From: Auanema rhodensis
Taxonomy: Eukaryota; Animalia; Nematoda
DNA length: 64,000 nucleotides
Direction of reading: 5' to 3'
Assembly: GCA_964057225.1 (NCBI GenBank)
Contig: CAXKVF010000076.1
Coordinates: 496,001-560,000, forward strand
Part shown: piece after piece, positions 30,799 through 43,294 of the stretch
How positions within the stretch are numbered: position 1 is the stretch's first letter
Layout: the number at the start of each line of letters is the position of its first letter
Position numbers and translations under genes: made by a program
The notes under the pieces: generated by a model
Seen by the model: only the letters and a program-made list of their open reading frames with translations
Told to the model about the DNA's origin: nothing
The model's database searches: none

Positions 30799-33085
30799 TT
30801 AGCATAAATTAAAGTTCACGTAAATTTCAAAGTCATGGTTACCATGCACCAATATCAATAAAAATCTGTTTTTAGACTAATATGGACATGGGGAATCTAA
30901 TTTTGAAAACCGCATCTCTTTATCTTTCACGTGAAGCGAGTTACATACCAAGTGCACATCACGTGTACATTTAATTAGCATAAATTAAAGTTCACGTAAA
31001 TTTCAAAGTCATGGTTACCATGCACCAATATCAATAAAAATTTGTTTTTAGACTAATATGGACATGGGGAATCTAATTTTGAAAACCGCATCTCTTTATC
31101 TTTCACGTGAAGCGAGTTACATATCAAGTGCACATCACGTGTACATTTAATTAGCATAAATTAAAGTTCACGTAAATTTCAAAGTCATGGTTACCATTAA
31201 CCAATATCAATAAAAATTTGTTTTTAGACTAATATGGACATGGGGAATCTAATTTTGAAAACCGCATCTCTTTATCTTTCAAGTGAAGCGAGTTACATAC
31301 CAAGTGCACATCACGTGTACATTTAATTAGCATAAATTAAAGTTCACGTAAATTTCAAAGTCATGGTTACCATGCACCAATATCAATAAAAATTTGTTTT
31401 TAGACTAATATGGACATGGGGAATCTAATTTTGAAAACCGCATCTCTTTATCTTTCACGTGAAGCGAGTTACATACCAAGTGCACATCACGTGTACATTT
31501 AATTAGCATAAATTAAAGTTCACGTAAATTTCAAAGTCATGGTTACCATGCACCAATATCATAAAAATTGGTTTTTAGACTAATATGGACATGAGGAATC
31601 TAATTTTGAAAACCGCATCTCTTTATCTTTCACGTGAAGCGAGTTACATACCGAGTGCACATCACGTGTACATTTAATTAGCATAAATTAAAGTTCACGT
31701 AAATTTCAAAGTCATGGTTACCATGCACCAATATCAATAAAAATTTGTTTTTAGACTAATATGGACATGGGGAATCTAATTTTGAAAACCGCATCTCTTT
31801 ATATTTCACGTGAAGCGAGTTACATACCAAGTGCACATCACGTGTACATTTAATTAGCATAAATTAAAGTTCACGTAAATTTCAAAGTCATGGTTACCAT
31901 GCACCAATATCAATAAAAATTTGTTTTTAGACTAATATGGACATGGGGAATCTAATTTTGAAAACCGCATCTCTTTATCTTTCACGTGAAGCGAGTTACA
32001 TACCAAGTGCACATCACGTGTACATTTAATTAGCATAAATTAAAGTTCACGTAAATTTCAAAGTCATGGTTACCATGCACCAATATCAATAAAAATTTGT
32101 TTTTAGACTAATATGGACATGGGGAATCAAATTTTGAAAACCGCATCTCTTTATCTTTCACGTGAAGCGAGTTACATACCAAGTGCACATCACGTGTACA
32201 TTTAATTAGCATAAATTAAAGTTCACGTAAATTTCAAAGTCATGGTTACCATGCACCAATATCAATAAAAATTTGTTTTTAGACTAATATGGACATGGGG
32301 AATCTAATTTTGAAAACCGCATCTCTTTATCTTTCACGTGAAGCGAGTTACATACCAAGTGCACATCACGTGTACATTTAATTAGCATAAATTAAAGTTC
32401 ACGTAAATTTCAAAGTCATGGTTACCATGCACCAATATCAATAAAAATTTGTTTTTAGACTAATATGGACATGGGGAATCAAATTTTGAAAACCGCATCT
32501 CTTTATCTTTCACGTGAAGCGAGTTACATACCAAGTGCACATCACGTGTACATTTAATTAGCATAAATTAAAGTTCACGTAAATTTCAAAGTCATGGTTA
32601 CCATGCACCAATATCAATAAAAATTTGTTTTTAGACTAATATGGACATGAGGAATCTAATTTTGAAAACCGCATCTCTTTATCTTTCACGTGAAGCGAGT
32701 TACATACCAAGTGCACATCACGTGTACATTTAATTAGCATAAATTAAAGTTCACGTAAATTTCAAAGTCATGGTTACCATGCACCAATATCAATAAAAAT
32801 TTGTTTTTAGACTAATATGGACATGAGCAATCTAATTTTGAGAACCGCATCTCTTTATCTTTCACGTGAAGCGAGTTACATACCAAGTGCACATCACGTG
32901 TACATTTAATTAGCATAAATTAAAGTTCACGTAAATTTCAAAGTCATGGTTACCATGAACCAATATCAATAAAAATTTGTTTTTAGACTAATATGGACAT
33001 GAGGAATCTAATTTTGAAAACCGCATCTCTTTATCTTTCACGTGAAGCGAGTTACATACCAAGTGCACATCACGTGTACATTTAA

Positions 33086-34141
33086 TTAGCATAAATTAAA
33101 GTTCACGTAAATTTCAAAGTCATGGTTACCATGCACCAATATCAATAAAAATTTGTTTTTAGACTAATATGGACATGGGGAATCAAATTTTGAAAACCGC
33201 ATCTCTTTATCTTTCACGTGAAGCGAGTTACATACCAAGTGCACATCACGTGTACATTTAATTAGCATAAATTAAAGTTCACGTAAATTTCAAAGTCATG
33301 GTTACCATGAACCAATATCAATAAAAATTTGTTTTTTGACTAATATGGACATGGGGAATCTAATTTTGAAAACCGCATCTCTTTATCTTTCACGTGAAGC
33401 GAGTTACATACCAAGTGCACATCACGTGTACATTTAATTAGCATAAATTAAAGTTCACGTAAATTTCAAAGTCATGGTTACCATGCACCAATATCAATAA
33501 AAATTTGTTTTTAGACTAATATGGACATGAGGAATCTAATTTTGAAAACCGCATCTCTTTATCTTTCACGTGAAGCGAGTTACATACCAAGTGCACATCA
33601 CGTGTACATTTAATTAGCATAAATTAAAGTTCACGTAAATTTCAAAGTCATGGTTACCATGCACCAATATCAATAAAAATTTGTTTTTAGACTAATATGG
33701 ACATGGGGAATCAAATTTTGAAAACCGCATCTCTTTATCTTTCACGTGAAGCGAGTTACATACCAAGTGCACATCACGTGTACATTTAATTAGCATAAAT
33801 TAAAGTTCACGTAAATTTCAAAGTCATGGTTACCATGAACCAATATCAATAAAAATTTGTTTTTTGACTAATATGGACATGGGGAATCTAATTTTGAAAA
33901 CCGCATCTCTTTATCTTTCACGTGAAGCGAGTTACATACCAAGTGCACATCACGTGTACATTTAATTAGCATAAATTAAAGTTCACGTAAATTTCAAAGT
34001 CATGGTTACCATGCACCAATATCAATAAAAATTTGTTTTTAGACTAATATGGACATGAGGAATCTAATTTTGAAAACCGCATCTCTTTATCTTTCACGTG
34101 AAGCGAGTTACATACCAAGTGCACATCACGTGTACATTTAA
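33086..34141. repeat. 3-mer tandem duplication (2 x 528 bp)
   Basis: [T100A][C49A+A76T][G93A] at 33086 and 33614. Confidence 0.85.
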
Positions 34142-34669
34142 TTAGCATAAATTAAAGTTCACGTAAATTTCAAAGTCATGGTTACCATGCACCAATATCA
34201 ATAAAAATTTGTTTTTAGACTAATATGGACATGAGGAATCTAATTTTGAAAACCGCATCTCTTTATCTTTCACGTGAAGCGAGTTACATACCAAGTGCAC
34301 ATCACGTGTACATTTAATTAGCATAAATTAAAGTTCACGTAAATTTCAAAGTCATGGTTACCATGCACCAATATCAATAAAAATTTGTTTTTAGACTAAT
34401 ATGGACATGAGGAATCTAATTTTGAAAACCGCATCTCTTTATCTTTCACGTGAAGCGAGTTACATACCAAGTGCACATCACGTGTACATTTAATTAGCAT
34501 AAATTAAAGTTCACGTAAATTTCAAAGTCATGGTTACCATGCACCAATATCAATAAAAATTTGTTTTTAGACCAATATGGACATGAGGAATCTAATTTTG
34601 AAAACCGCATCTCTTTATCTTTCACGTGAAGCGAGTTACATACCAAGTGCACATCACGTGTACATTTAA

Positions 34670-36076
34670 TTAGCATAAATTAAAGTTCACGTAAATTTCA
34701 AAGTCGTGGTTACCATGCACCAATATCAATAAAAATTCGTTTTTAGACTAATATGGACATGGGGAATCTAACTTTGAAAACCGCATCTCTTTATCTTTCA
34801 CGTGAAGCGAGTTACATACCAAGTGCACATCACGTGTACATTTAATTAGCATAAATTAAAGTTCACGTAAATTTCAAAGTCATGGTTACCATGCACCAAT
34901 ATCAATAAAAATTTGTTTTTAGACTAATATGGACATGAGGAATCTAATTTTGAAAACCGCATCTCTTTATCTTTCACGTGAAGCGAGTTACATACCAAGT
35001 GCACATCACGTGTACATTTAATTAGCATAAATTAAAGTTCACGTAAATTTCAAAGTCATGGTTACCATGCACCAATATCAATAAAAATTTGTTTTTAGAC
35101 TAATATGGACATGGGGAATAAATTTTGAAAACCGCATCTCTTTATCTTTCACGTGAAGCGAGTTACATACCAAGTGCACATCACGTGTACATTTAATTAG
35201 CATAAATTAAAGTTCACGTAAATTTCAAAGTCATGGTTACCATGCACCAATATCAATAAAAATTTGTTTTTAGACTAATATGGACATGGGGAATCTAATT
35301 TTGAAAACCGCATCTCTTTATCTTTCACGTGAAGCGAGTTACATACCAAGTGCACATCACGTGTACATTTAATTAGCATAAATTAAAGTTCACGTAAATT
35401 TCAAAGTCATGGTTACCATGCACCAATATCAATAAAAATTTGTTTTTAGACTAATATGGACATGGGGAATCTAATTTTGAAAACCGCATCTCTTTATCTT
35501 TCACGTGAAGCGAGTTACATACCAAGTGCACATCACGTGTACATTTAATTAGCATAAATTAAAGTTCACGTAAATTTCAAAGTCGTGGTTACCATGCACC
35601 AATATCAATAAAAATTCGTTTTTAGACTAATATGGACATGGGGAATCTAACTTTGAAAACCGCATCTCTTTATCTTTCACGTGAAGCGAGTTACATACCA
35701 AGTGCACATCACGTGTACATTTAATTAGCATAAATTAAAGTTCACGTAAATTTCAAAGTCATGGTTACCATGCACCAATATCAATAAAAATTTGTTTTTA
35801 GACTAATATGGACATGAGGAATCTAATTTTGAAAACCGCATCTCTTTATCTTTCACGTGAAGCGAGTTACATACCAAGTGCACATCACGTGTACATTTAA
35901 TTAGCATAAATTAAAGTTCACGTAAATTTCAAAGTCATGGTTACCATGCACCAATATCAATAAAAATTTGTTTTTAGACTAATATGGACATGGGGAATCA
36001 AATTTTGAAAACCGCATCTCTTTATCTTTCACGTGAAGCGAGTTACATACCAAGTGCACATCACGTGTACATTTAA
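34670..36076. repeat. 5-mer higher-order unit (879 bp) plus a partial second copy
   Basis: The A37G+T69C+T103C monomer occurs at 34670 and 35549, each followed by a G93A monomer and a T100A monomer. Confidence 0.85.
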
Positions 36077-37312
36077 TTAGCATAAATTAAAGTTCACGTA
36101 AATTTCAAAGTCATGGTTACCATGAACCAATATCAATAAAAATTTGTTTTTAGACTAATATGGACATGAGGAATCTAATTTTGAAAACCGCATCTCTTTT
36201 TTTCTTTCACGTGAAGCGAGTTACATACCAAGTGCACATCACGTGTACATTTAATTAGCATAAATTAAAGTTCACGTAAATTTCAAAGTCATGGTTACCA
36301 TGAACCAATATCAATAAAAATTTGTTTTTTGACTAATATGGACATGGGGAATCTAATTTTGAAAACCGCATCTCTTTATCTTTCACGTGAAGCGAGTTAC
36401 ATACCAAGTGCACATCACGTGTACATTTAATTAGCATAAATTAAAGTTCACGTAAATTTCAAAGTCATGGTTACCATGCACCAATATCAATAAAAATTTG
36501 TTTTTAGACTAATATGGACATGAGGAATCTAATTTTGAAAACCGCATCTCTTTATCTTTCACGTGAAGCGAGTTACATACCAAGTGCACATCACGTGTAC
36601 ATTTAATTAGCATAAATTAAAGTTCACGTAAATTTCAAAGTCATGGTTACCATGCACCAATATCAATAAAAATTTGTTTTTAGACTAATATGGACATGGG
36701 GAATCTAATTTTGAAAACCGCATCTCTTTATCTTTCACTTGAAGCGAGTTACATACCAAGTGCACATCACGTGTACATTTAATTAGCATAAATTAAAGTT
36801 CACGTAAATTTCAAAGTCATGGTTACCATGAACCAATATCAATAAAAATTTGTTTTTAGACTAATATGGACATGAGGAATCTAATTTTGAAAACCGCATC
36901 TCTTTTTTTCTTTCACGTGAAGCGAGTTACATACCAAGTGCACATCACGTGTACATTTAATTAGCATAAATTAAAGTTCACGTAAATTTCAAAGTCATGG
37001 TTACCATGAACCAATATCAATAAAAATTTGTTTTTTGACTAATATGGACATGGGGAATCTAATTTTGAAAACCGCATCTCTTTATCTTTCACGTGAAGCG
37101 AGTTACATACCAAGTGCACATCACGTGTACATTTAATTAGCATAAATTAAAGTTCACGTAAATTTCAAAGTCATGGTTACCATGCACCAATATCAATAAA
37201 AATTTGTTTTTAGACTAATATGGACATGAGGAATCTAATTTTGAAAACCGCATCTCTTTATCTTTCACGTGAAGCGAGTTACATACCAAGAGCACATCAC
37301 GTGTACATTTAA
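36077..37312. repeat. Duplication with a 4-monomer (706-bp) period containing 178-bp monomers
   Basis: TTTAT is replaced by T7 at 36197-36203 and 36903-36909. Each is followed by a C49A+A76T monomer and a G93A monomer. Confidence 0.87.
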
Positions 37313-37664
37313 TTAGCATAAATTAAAGTTCACGTAAATTTCAAAGTCATGGTTACCATGCACCAATATCAATAAAAATTTGTTTTTAGACTAATATGGA
37401 CATGGGGAATCTAATTTTGAAAACCGCATCTCTTTATATTTCACGTGAAGCGAGTTACATACCAAGTGCACCTCACGTGTACATTTAATTAGCATAAATT
37501 AAAGTTCACGTAAATTTCAAAGTCATGGTTACCATGCACCAATATCAATAAAAATTTGTTTTTAGACTAATATGGACATGAGGAATCTAATTTTGAAAAC
37601 CGCATCTCTTTATCTTTCACGTGAAGCGAGTTACATACCAAGTGCACATCACGTGTACATTTAA

Positions 37665-40600
37665 TTAGCATAAATTAAAGTTCACGTAAATTTCAAAGTC
37701 ATGGTTACCATGCACCAATATCAATAAAAATTTGTTTTTAGACTAATATGGACATGGGGAATCTAATTTTGAAAACCGCATCTCTTTATCTTTCACGTGA
37801 AGCGAGTTACATACCAAGTGCACAGCACGTGTACATTTAATTAGCATAAATTAAAGTTCACGTAAATTTCAAAGTCATGGTTACCATGCACCAATATCAA
37901 TAAAAATTTGTTTTTAGACTAATATGGACATGGGGAATCTAATTTTGAAAACCGCATCTCTTTATCTTTCACGTGAAGCGAGTTACTTACCAAGTGCACA
38001 TCACGTTTACATTTAATTAGCATAAATTAAAGTTCACGTAAATTTCAAAGTCATGGTTACCATGAACCAATATCAATAAAAATTTGTTTTTAGACTAATA
38101 TGGACATGGGGAATCTAATTTTGAAAACCGCATCTCTTTATCTTTCACGTGAAGCGAGTTACATACCAAGTGCACATCACGTGTACATTTAATTAGCATA
38201 AATTAAAGTTCACGTAAATTTCAAAGTCATGGTTACCATGCACCAATATCAATAAAAATTTGTTTTTAGACTAATATGGACATGGGGAATCTAATTTTGA
38301 AAACCGCATCTCTTTATCTTTCACGTGAAGCGAGTTACATACCAAGTGCACATCACGTGTACATTTAATTAGCATAAATTAAAGTTCACGTAAATTTCAA
38401 AGTCATGGTTACCATGAACCAATATCAATAAAAATTTGTTTTTAGACTAATATGGACATGGGGAATCTAATTTTGAAAACCGCATCTCTTTATCTTTCAC
38501 GTGAAGCGAGTTACATACCAAGTGCACATCACGTGTACATTTAATTAGCATAAATTAAAGTTCACGTAAATTTCAAAGTCATGGTTACCATGCACCAATA
38601 TCAACAAAAATCTGTTTTTAGACTAATATGGACATGGGGAATCTAATTTTGAAAACCGCATCTCTTTATCTTTCACGTGAAGCGAGTTACATACCAAGTG
38701 CACATCACGTGTACATTTAATTACCATAAATTAAAGTTCACGTAATTTTCAAAGTCATGGTTACCATGCACCAATATCAATAAAAATTTGTTTTTAGACT
38801 AATATGGACATGGGGAATCTAATTTTGAAAACCGCATCTCTTTATCTTTCACGTGAAGCGAGTTACATATCAAGTGCACATCACGTGTACATTTAATTAG
38901 CATAAATTAAAGTTCACGTAAATTTCAAAGTCATGGTTACCATTAACCAATATCAATAAAAATTTGTTTTTAGACTAATATGGACATGGGGAATCTAATT
39001 TTGAAAACCGCATCTCTTTATCTTTCAAGTGAAGCGAGTTACATACCAAGTGCACATCACGTGTACATTTAATTAGCATAAATTAAAGTTCACGTAAATT
39101 TCAAAGTCATGGTTACCATGCACCAATATCAATAAAAATTTGTTTTTAGACTAATATGGACATGGGGAATCTAATTTTGAAAACCGCATCTCTTTATCTT
39201 TCACGTGAAGCGAGTTACATACCAAGTGCACATCACGTGTACATTTAATTAGCATAAATTAAAGTTCACGTAAATTTCAAAGTCATGGTTACCATGCACC
39301 AATATCATAAAAATTGGTTTTTAGACTAATATGGACATGAGGAATCTAATTTTGAAAACCGCATCTCTTTATCTTTCACGTGAAGCGAGTTACATACCAA
39401 GTGCACATCACGTGTACATTTAATTAGCATAAATTAAAGTTCACGTAAATTTCAAAGTCATGGTTACCATGCACCAATATCAATAAAAATTTGTTTTTAG
39501 ACTAATATGGACATGGGGAATCTAATTTTGAAAACCGCATCTCTTTATATTTCACGTGAAGCGAGTTACATACCAAGTGCACATCACGTGTACATTTAAT
39601 TAGCATAAATTAAAGTTCACGTAAATTTCAAAGTCATGGTTACCATGCACCAATATCAATAAAAATTTGTTTTTAGACTAATATGGACATGGGGAATCTA
39701 ATTTTGAAAACCGCATCTCTTTATCTTTCACGTGAAGCGAGTTACATACCAAGTGCACATCACGTGTACATTTAATTAGCATAAATTAAAGTTCACGTAA
39801 ATTTCAAAGTCATGGTTACCATGAACCAATATCAATAAAAATTTGTTTTTAGACTAATATGTACATGGGGAATCTAATTTTGAAAACCGCATCTCTTTAT
39901 CTTTCACGTGAAGCGAGTTACATACCAAGTGCACATCACGTGTACATTTAATTAGCATAAAATAAAGTTCACGTAAATTTCAAAGTCATGGTTACCATGC
40001 ACCAATATCAATAAAAATCTGTTTTTAGACTAATATGGACATGGGGGATCTAATTTTGAAAACCGCATCTCTTTATCTTTCACGTGAAGCGAGTTACATA
40101 CCAAGTGCACATCACGTGTACATTTAATTAGCATAAATTAAAGTTCACGTAAATTTCAAAGTCATGGTTACCATGCACCAATATCAATAAAAATTTGTTT
40201 TTAGACTAATATGGACATGGGGAATCTAATTTTGAAAACCGCATCTCTTTATCTTTCACGTCAAGCGAGTTACATATCAAGTGCACATCACGTGTACATT
40301 TAATTAGCATAAATTAAAGTTCACGTAAATTTCAAAGTCATGGTTACCATTAACCAATATCAATAAAAATTTGTTTTTAGACTAATATGGACATGGGGAA
40401 TCTAATTTTGAAAACCGCATCTCTTCATCTTTCACGTGAAGCGAGTTACATACCAAGTGCACATCACGTGTACATTTAATTAGCATAAATTAAAGTTCAC
40501 GTAAATTTCAAAGTCATGGTTACCATGCACCAATATCAATAAAAATTTGTTTTTAGACTAATATGGACATGGGGAATCTAATTTTGAAAACCGCATCTCT

Positions 40601-43294
40601 TTATCTTTCACGTGAAGCGAGTTACATACCAAGTGCACAGCACGTGTACATTTAATTAGCATAAATTAAAGTTCACGTAAATTTCAAAGTCATGGTTACC
40701 ATGCACCAATATCAATAAAAATTTGTTTTTAGACTAATATGGACATGGGGAATCTAATTTTGAAAACCGCATCTCTTTATCTTTCACGTGAAGCGAGTTA
40801 CTTACCAAGTGCACATCACGTTTACATTTAATTAGCATAAATTAAAGTTCACGTAAATTTCAAAGTCATGGTTACCATGAACCAATATCAATAAAAATTT
40901 GTTTTTAGACTAATATGGACATGGGGAATCTAATTTTGAAAACCGCATCTCTTTATCTTTCACGTGAAGCGAGTTACATACCAAGTGCACATCACGTGTA
41001 CATTTAATTAGCATAAATTAAAGTTCACGTAAATTTCAAAGTCATGGTTACCATGCACCAATATCAATAAAAATTTGTTTTTAGACTAATATGGACATGG
41101 GGAATCTAATTTTGAAAACCGCATCTCTTTATCTTTCACGTGAAGCGAGTTACATACCAAGTGCACATCACGTGTACATTTAATTAGCATAAATTAAAGT
41201 TCACGTAAATTTCAAAGTCATGGTTACCATGAACCAATATCAATAAAAATTTGTTTTTAGACTAATATGGACATGGGGAATCTAATTTTGAAAACCGCAT
41301 CTCTTTATCTTTCACGTGAAGCGAGTTACATACCAAGTGCACATCACGTGTACATTTAATTAGCATAAATTAAAGTTCACGTAAATTTCAAAGTCATGGT
41401 TACCATGCACCAATATCAACAAAAATCTGTTTTTAGACTAATATGGACATGGGGAATCTAATTTTGAAAACCGCATCTCTTTATCTTTCACGTGAAGCGA
41501 GTTACATACCAAGTGCACATCACGTGTACATTTAATTACCATAAATTAAAGTTCACGTAATTTTCAAAGTCATGGTTACCATGCACCAATATCAATAAAA
41601 ATTTGTTTTTAGACTAATATGGACATGGGGAATCTAATTTTGAAAACCGCATCTCTTTATCTTTCACGTGAAGCGAGTTACATATCAAGTGCACATCACG
41701 TGTACATTTAATTAGCATAAATTAAAGTTCACGTAAATTTCAAAGTCATGGTTACCATTAACCAATATCAATAAAAATTTGTTTTTAGACTAATATGGAC
41801 ATGGGGAATCTAATTTTGAAAACCGCATCTCTTTATCTTTCAAGTGAAGCGAGTTACATACCAAGTGCACATCACGTGTACATTTAATTAGCATAAATTA
41901 AAGTTCACGTAAATTTCAAAGTCATGGTTACCATGCACCAATATCAATAAAAATTTGTTTTTAGACTAATATGGACATGGGGAATCTAATTTTGAAAACC
42001 GCATCTCTTTATCTTTCACGTGAAGCGAGTTACATACCAAGTGCACATCACGTGTACATTTAATTAGCATAAATTAAAGTTCACGTAAATTTCAAAGTCA
42101 TGGTTACCATGCACCAATATCATAAAAATTGGTTTTTAGACTAATATGGACATGAGGAATCTAATTTTGAAAACCGCATCTCTTTATCTTTCACGTGAAG
42201 CGAGTTACATACCAAGTGCACATCACGTGTACATTTAATTAGCATAAATTAAAGTTCACGTAAATTTCAAAGTCATGGTTACCATGCACCAATATCAATA
42301 AAAATTTGTTTTTAGACTAATATGGACATGGGGAATCTAATTTTGAAAACCGCATCTCTTTATATTTCACGTGAAGCGAGTTACATACCAAGTGCACATC
42401 ACGTGTACATTTAATTAGCATAAATTAAAGTTCACGTAAATTTCAAAGTCATGGTTACCATGCACCAATATCAATAAAAATTTGTTTTTAGACTAATATG
42501 GACATGGGGAATCTAATTTTGAAAACCGCATCTCTTTATCTTTCACGTGAAGCGAGTTACATACCAAGTGCACATCACGTGTACATTTAATTAGCATAAA
42601 TTAAAGTTCACGTAAATTTCAAAGTCATGGTTACCATGAACCAATATCAATAAAAATTTGTTTTTAGACTAATATGTACATGGGGAATCTAATTTTGAAA
42701 ACCGCATCTCTTTATCTTTCACGTGAAGCGAGTTACATACCAAGTGCACATCACGTGTACATTTAATTAGCATAAAATAAAGTTCACGTAAATTTCAAAG
42801 TCATGGTTACCATGCACCAATATCAATAAAAATCTGTTTTTAGACTAATATGGACATGGGGGATCTAATTTTGAAAACCGCATCTCTTTATCTTTCACGT
42901 GAAGCGAGTTACATACCAAGTGCACATCACGTGTACATTTAATTAGCATAAATTAAAGTTCACGTAAATTTCAAAGTCATGGTTACCATGCACCAATATC
43001 AATAAAAATTTGTTTTTAGACTAATATGGACATGGGGAATCTAATTTTGAAAACCGCATCTCTTTATCTTTCACGTCAAGCGAGTTACATATCAAGTGCA
43101 CATCACGTGTACATTTAATTAGCATAAATTAAAGTTCACGTAAATTTCAAAGTCATGGTTACCATTAACCAATATCAATAAAAATTTGTTTTTAGACTAA
43201 TATGGACATGGGGAATCTAATTTTGAAAACCGCATCTCTTCATCTTTCACGTGAAGCGAGTTACATACCAAGTGCACATCACGTGTACATTTAA
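37665..43294. repeat. 16-mer tandem duplication (2 x 2815 bp)
   Basis: T161G at 37825/40640, G4C at 38724/41539, the deletion monomer at 39249/42064, T11A at 39962/42777 and T123C at 40426/43241 are all 2815 bp apart. Confidence 0.93.

Noticed and set aside
34494-34676. 60-aa minus-strand ORF (MLIKCTRDVH...)
   Set aside because: It spans one satellite monomer. It exists only because a singleton T80C change at 34573 turns the minus-strand TAG present in the other copies into TGG. It has no recognisable domain or gene context.
34736-34752. Possible CENP-B box created by T69C (TTCGTTTTTAGAC...)
   Set aside because: It has TTCG only and lacks the correctly spaced A and the CGGG of the NTTCGNNNNANNCGGGN motif. 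The consensus has no CENP-B box on either strand.
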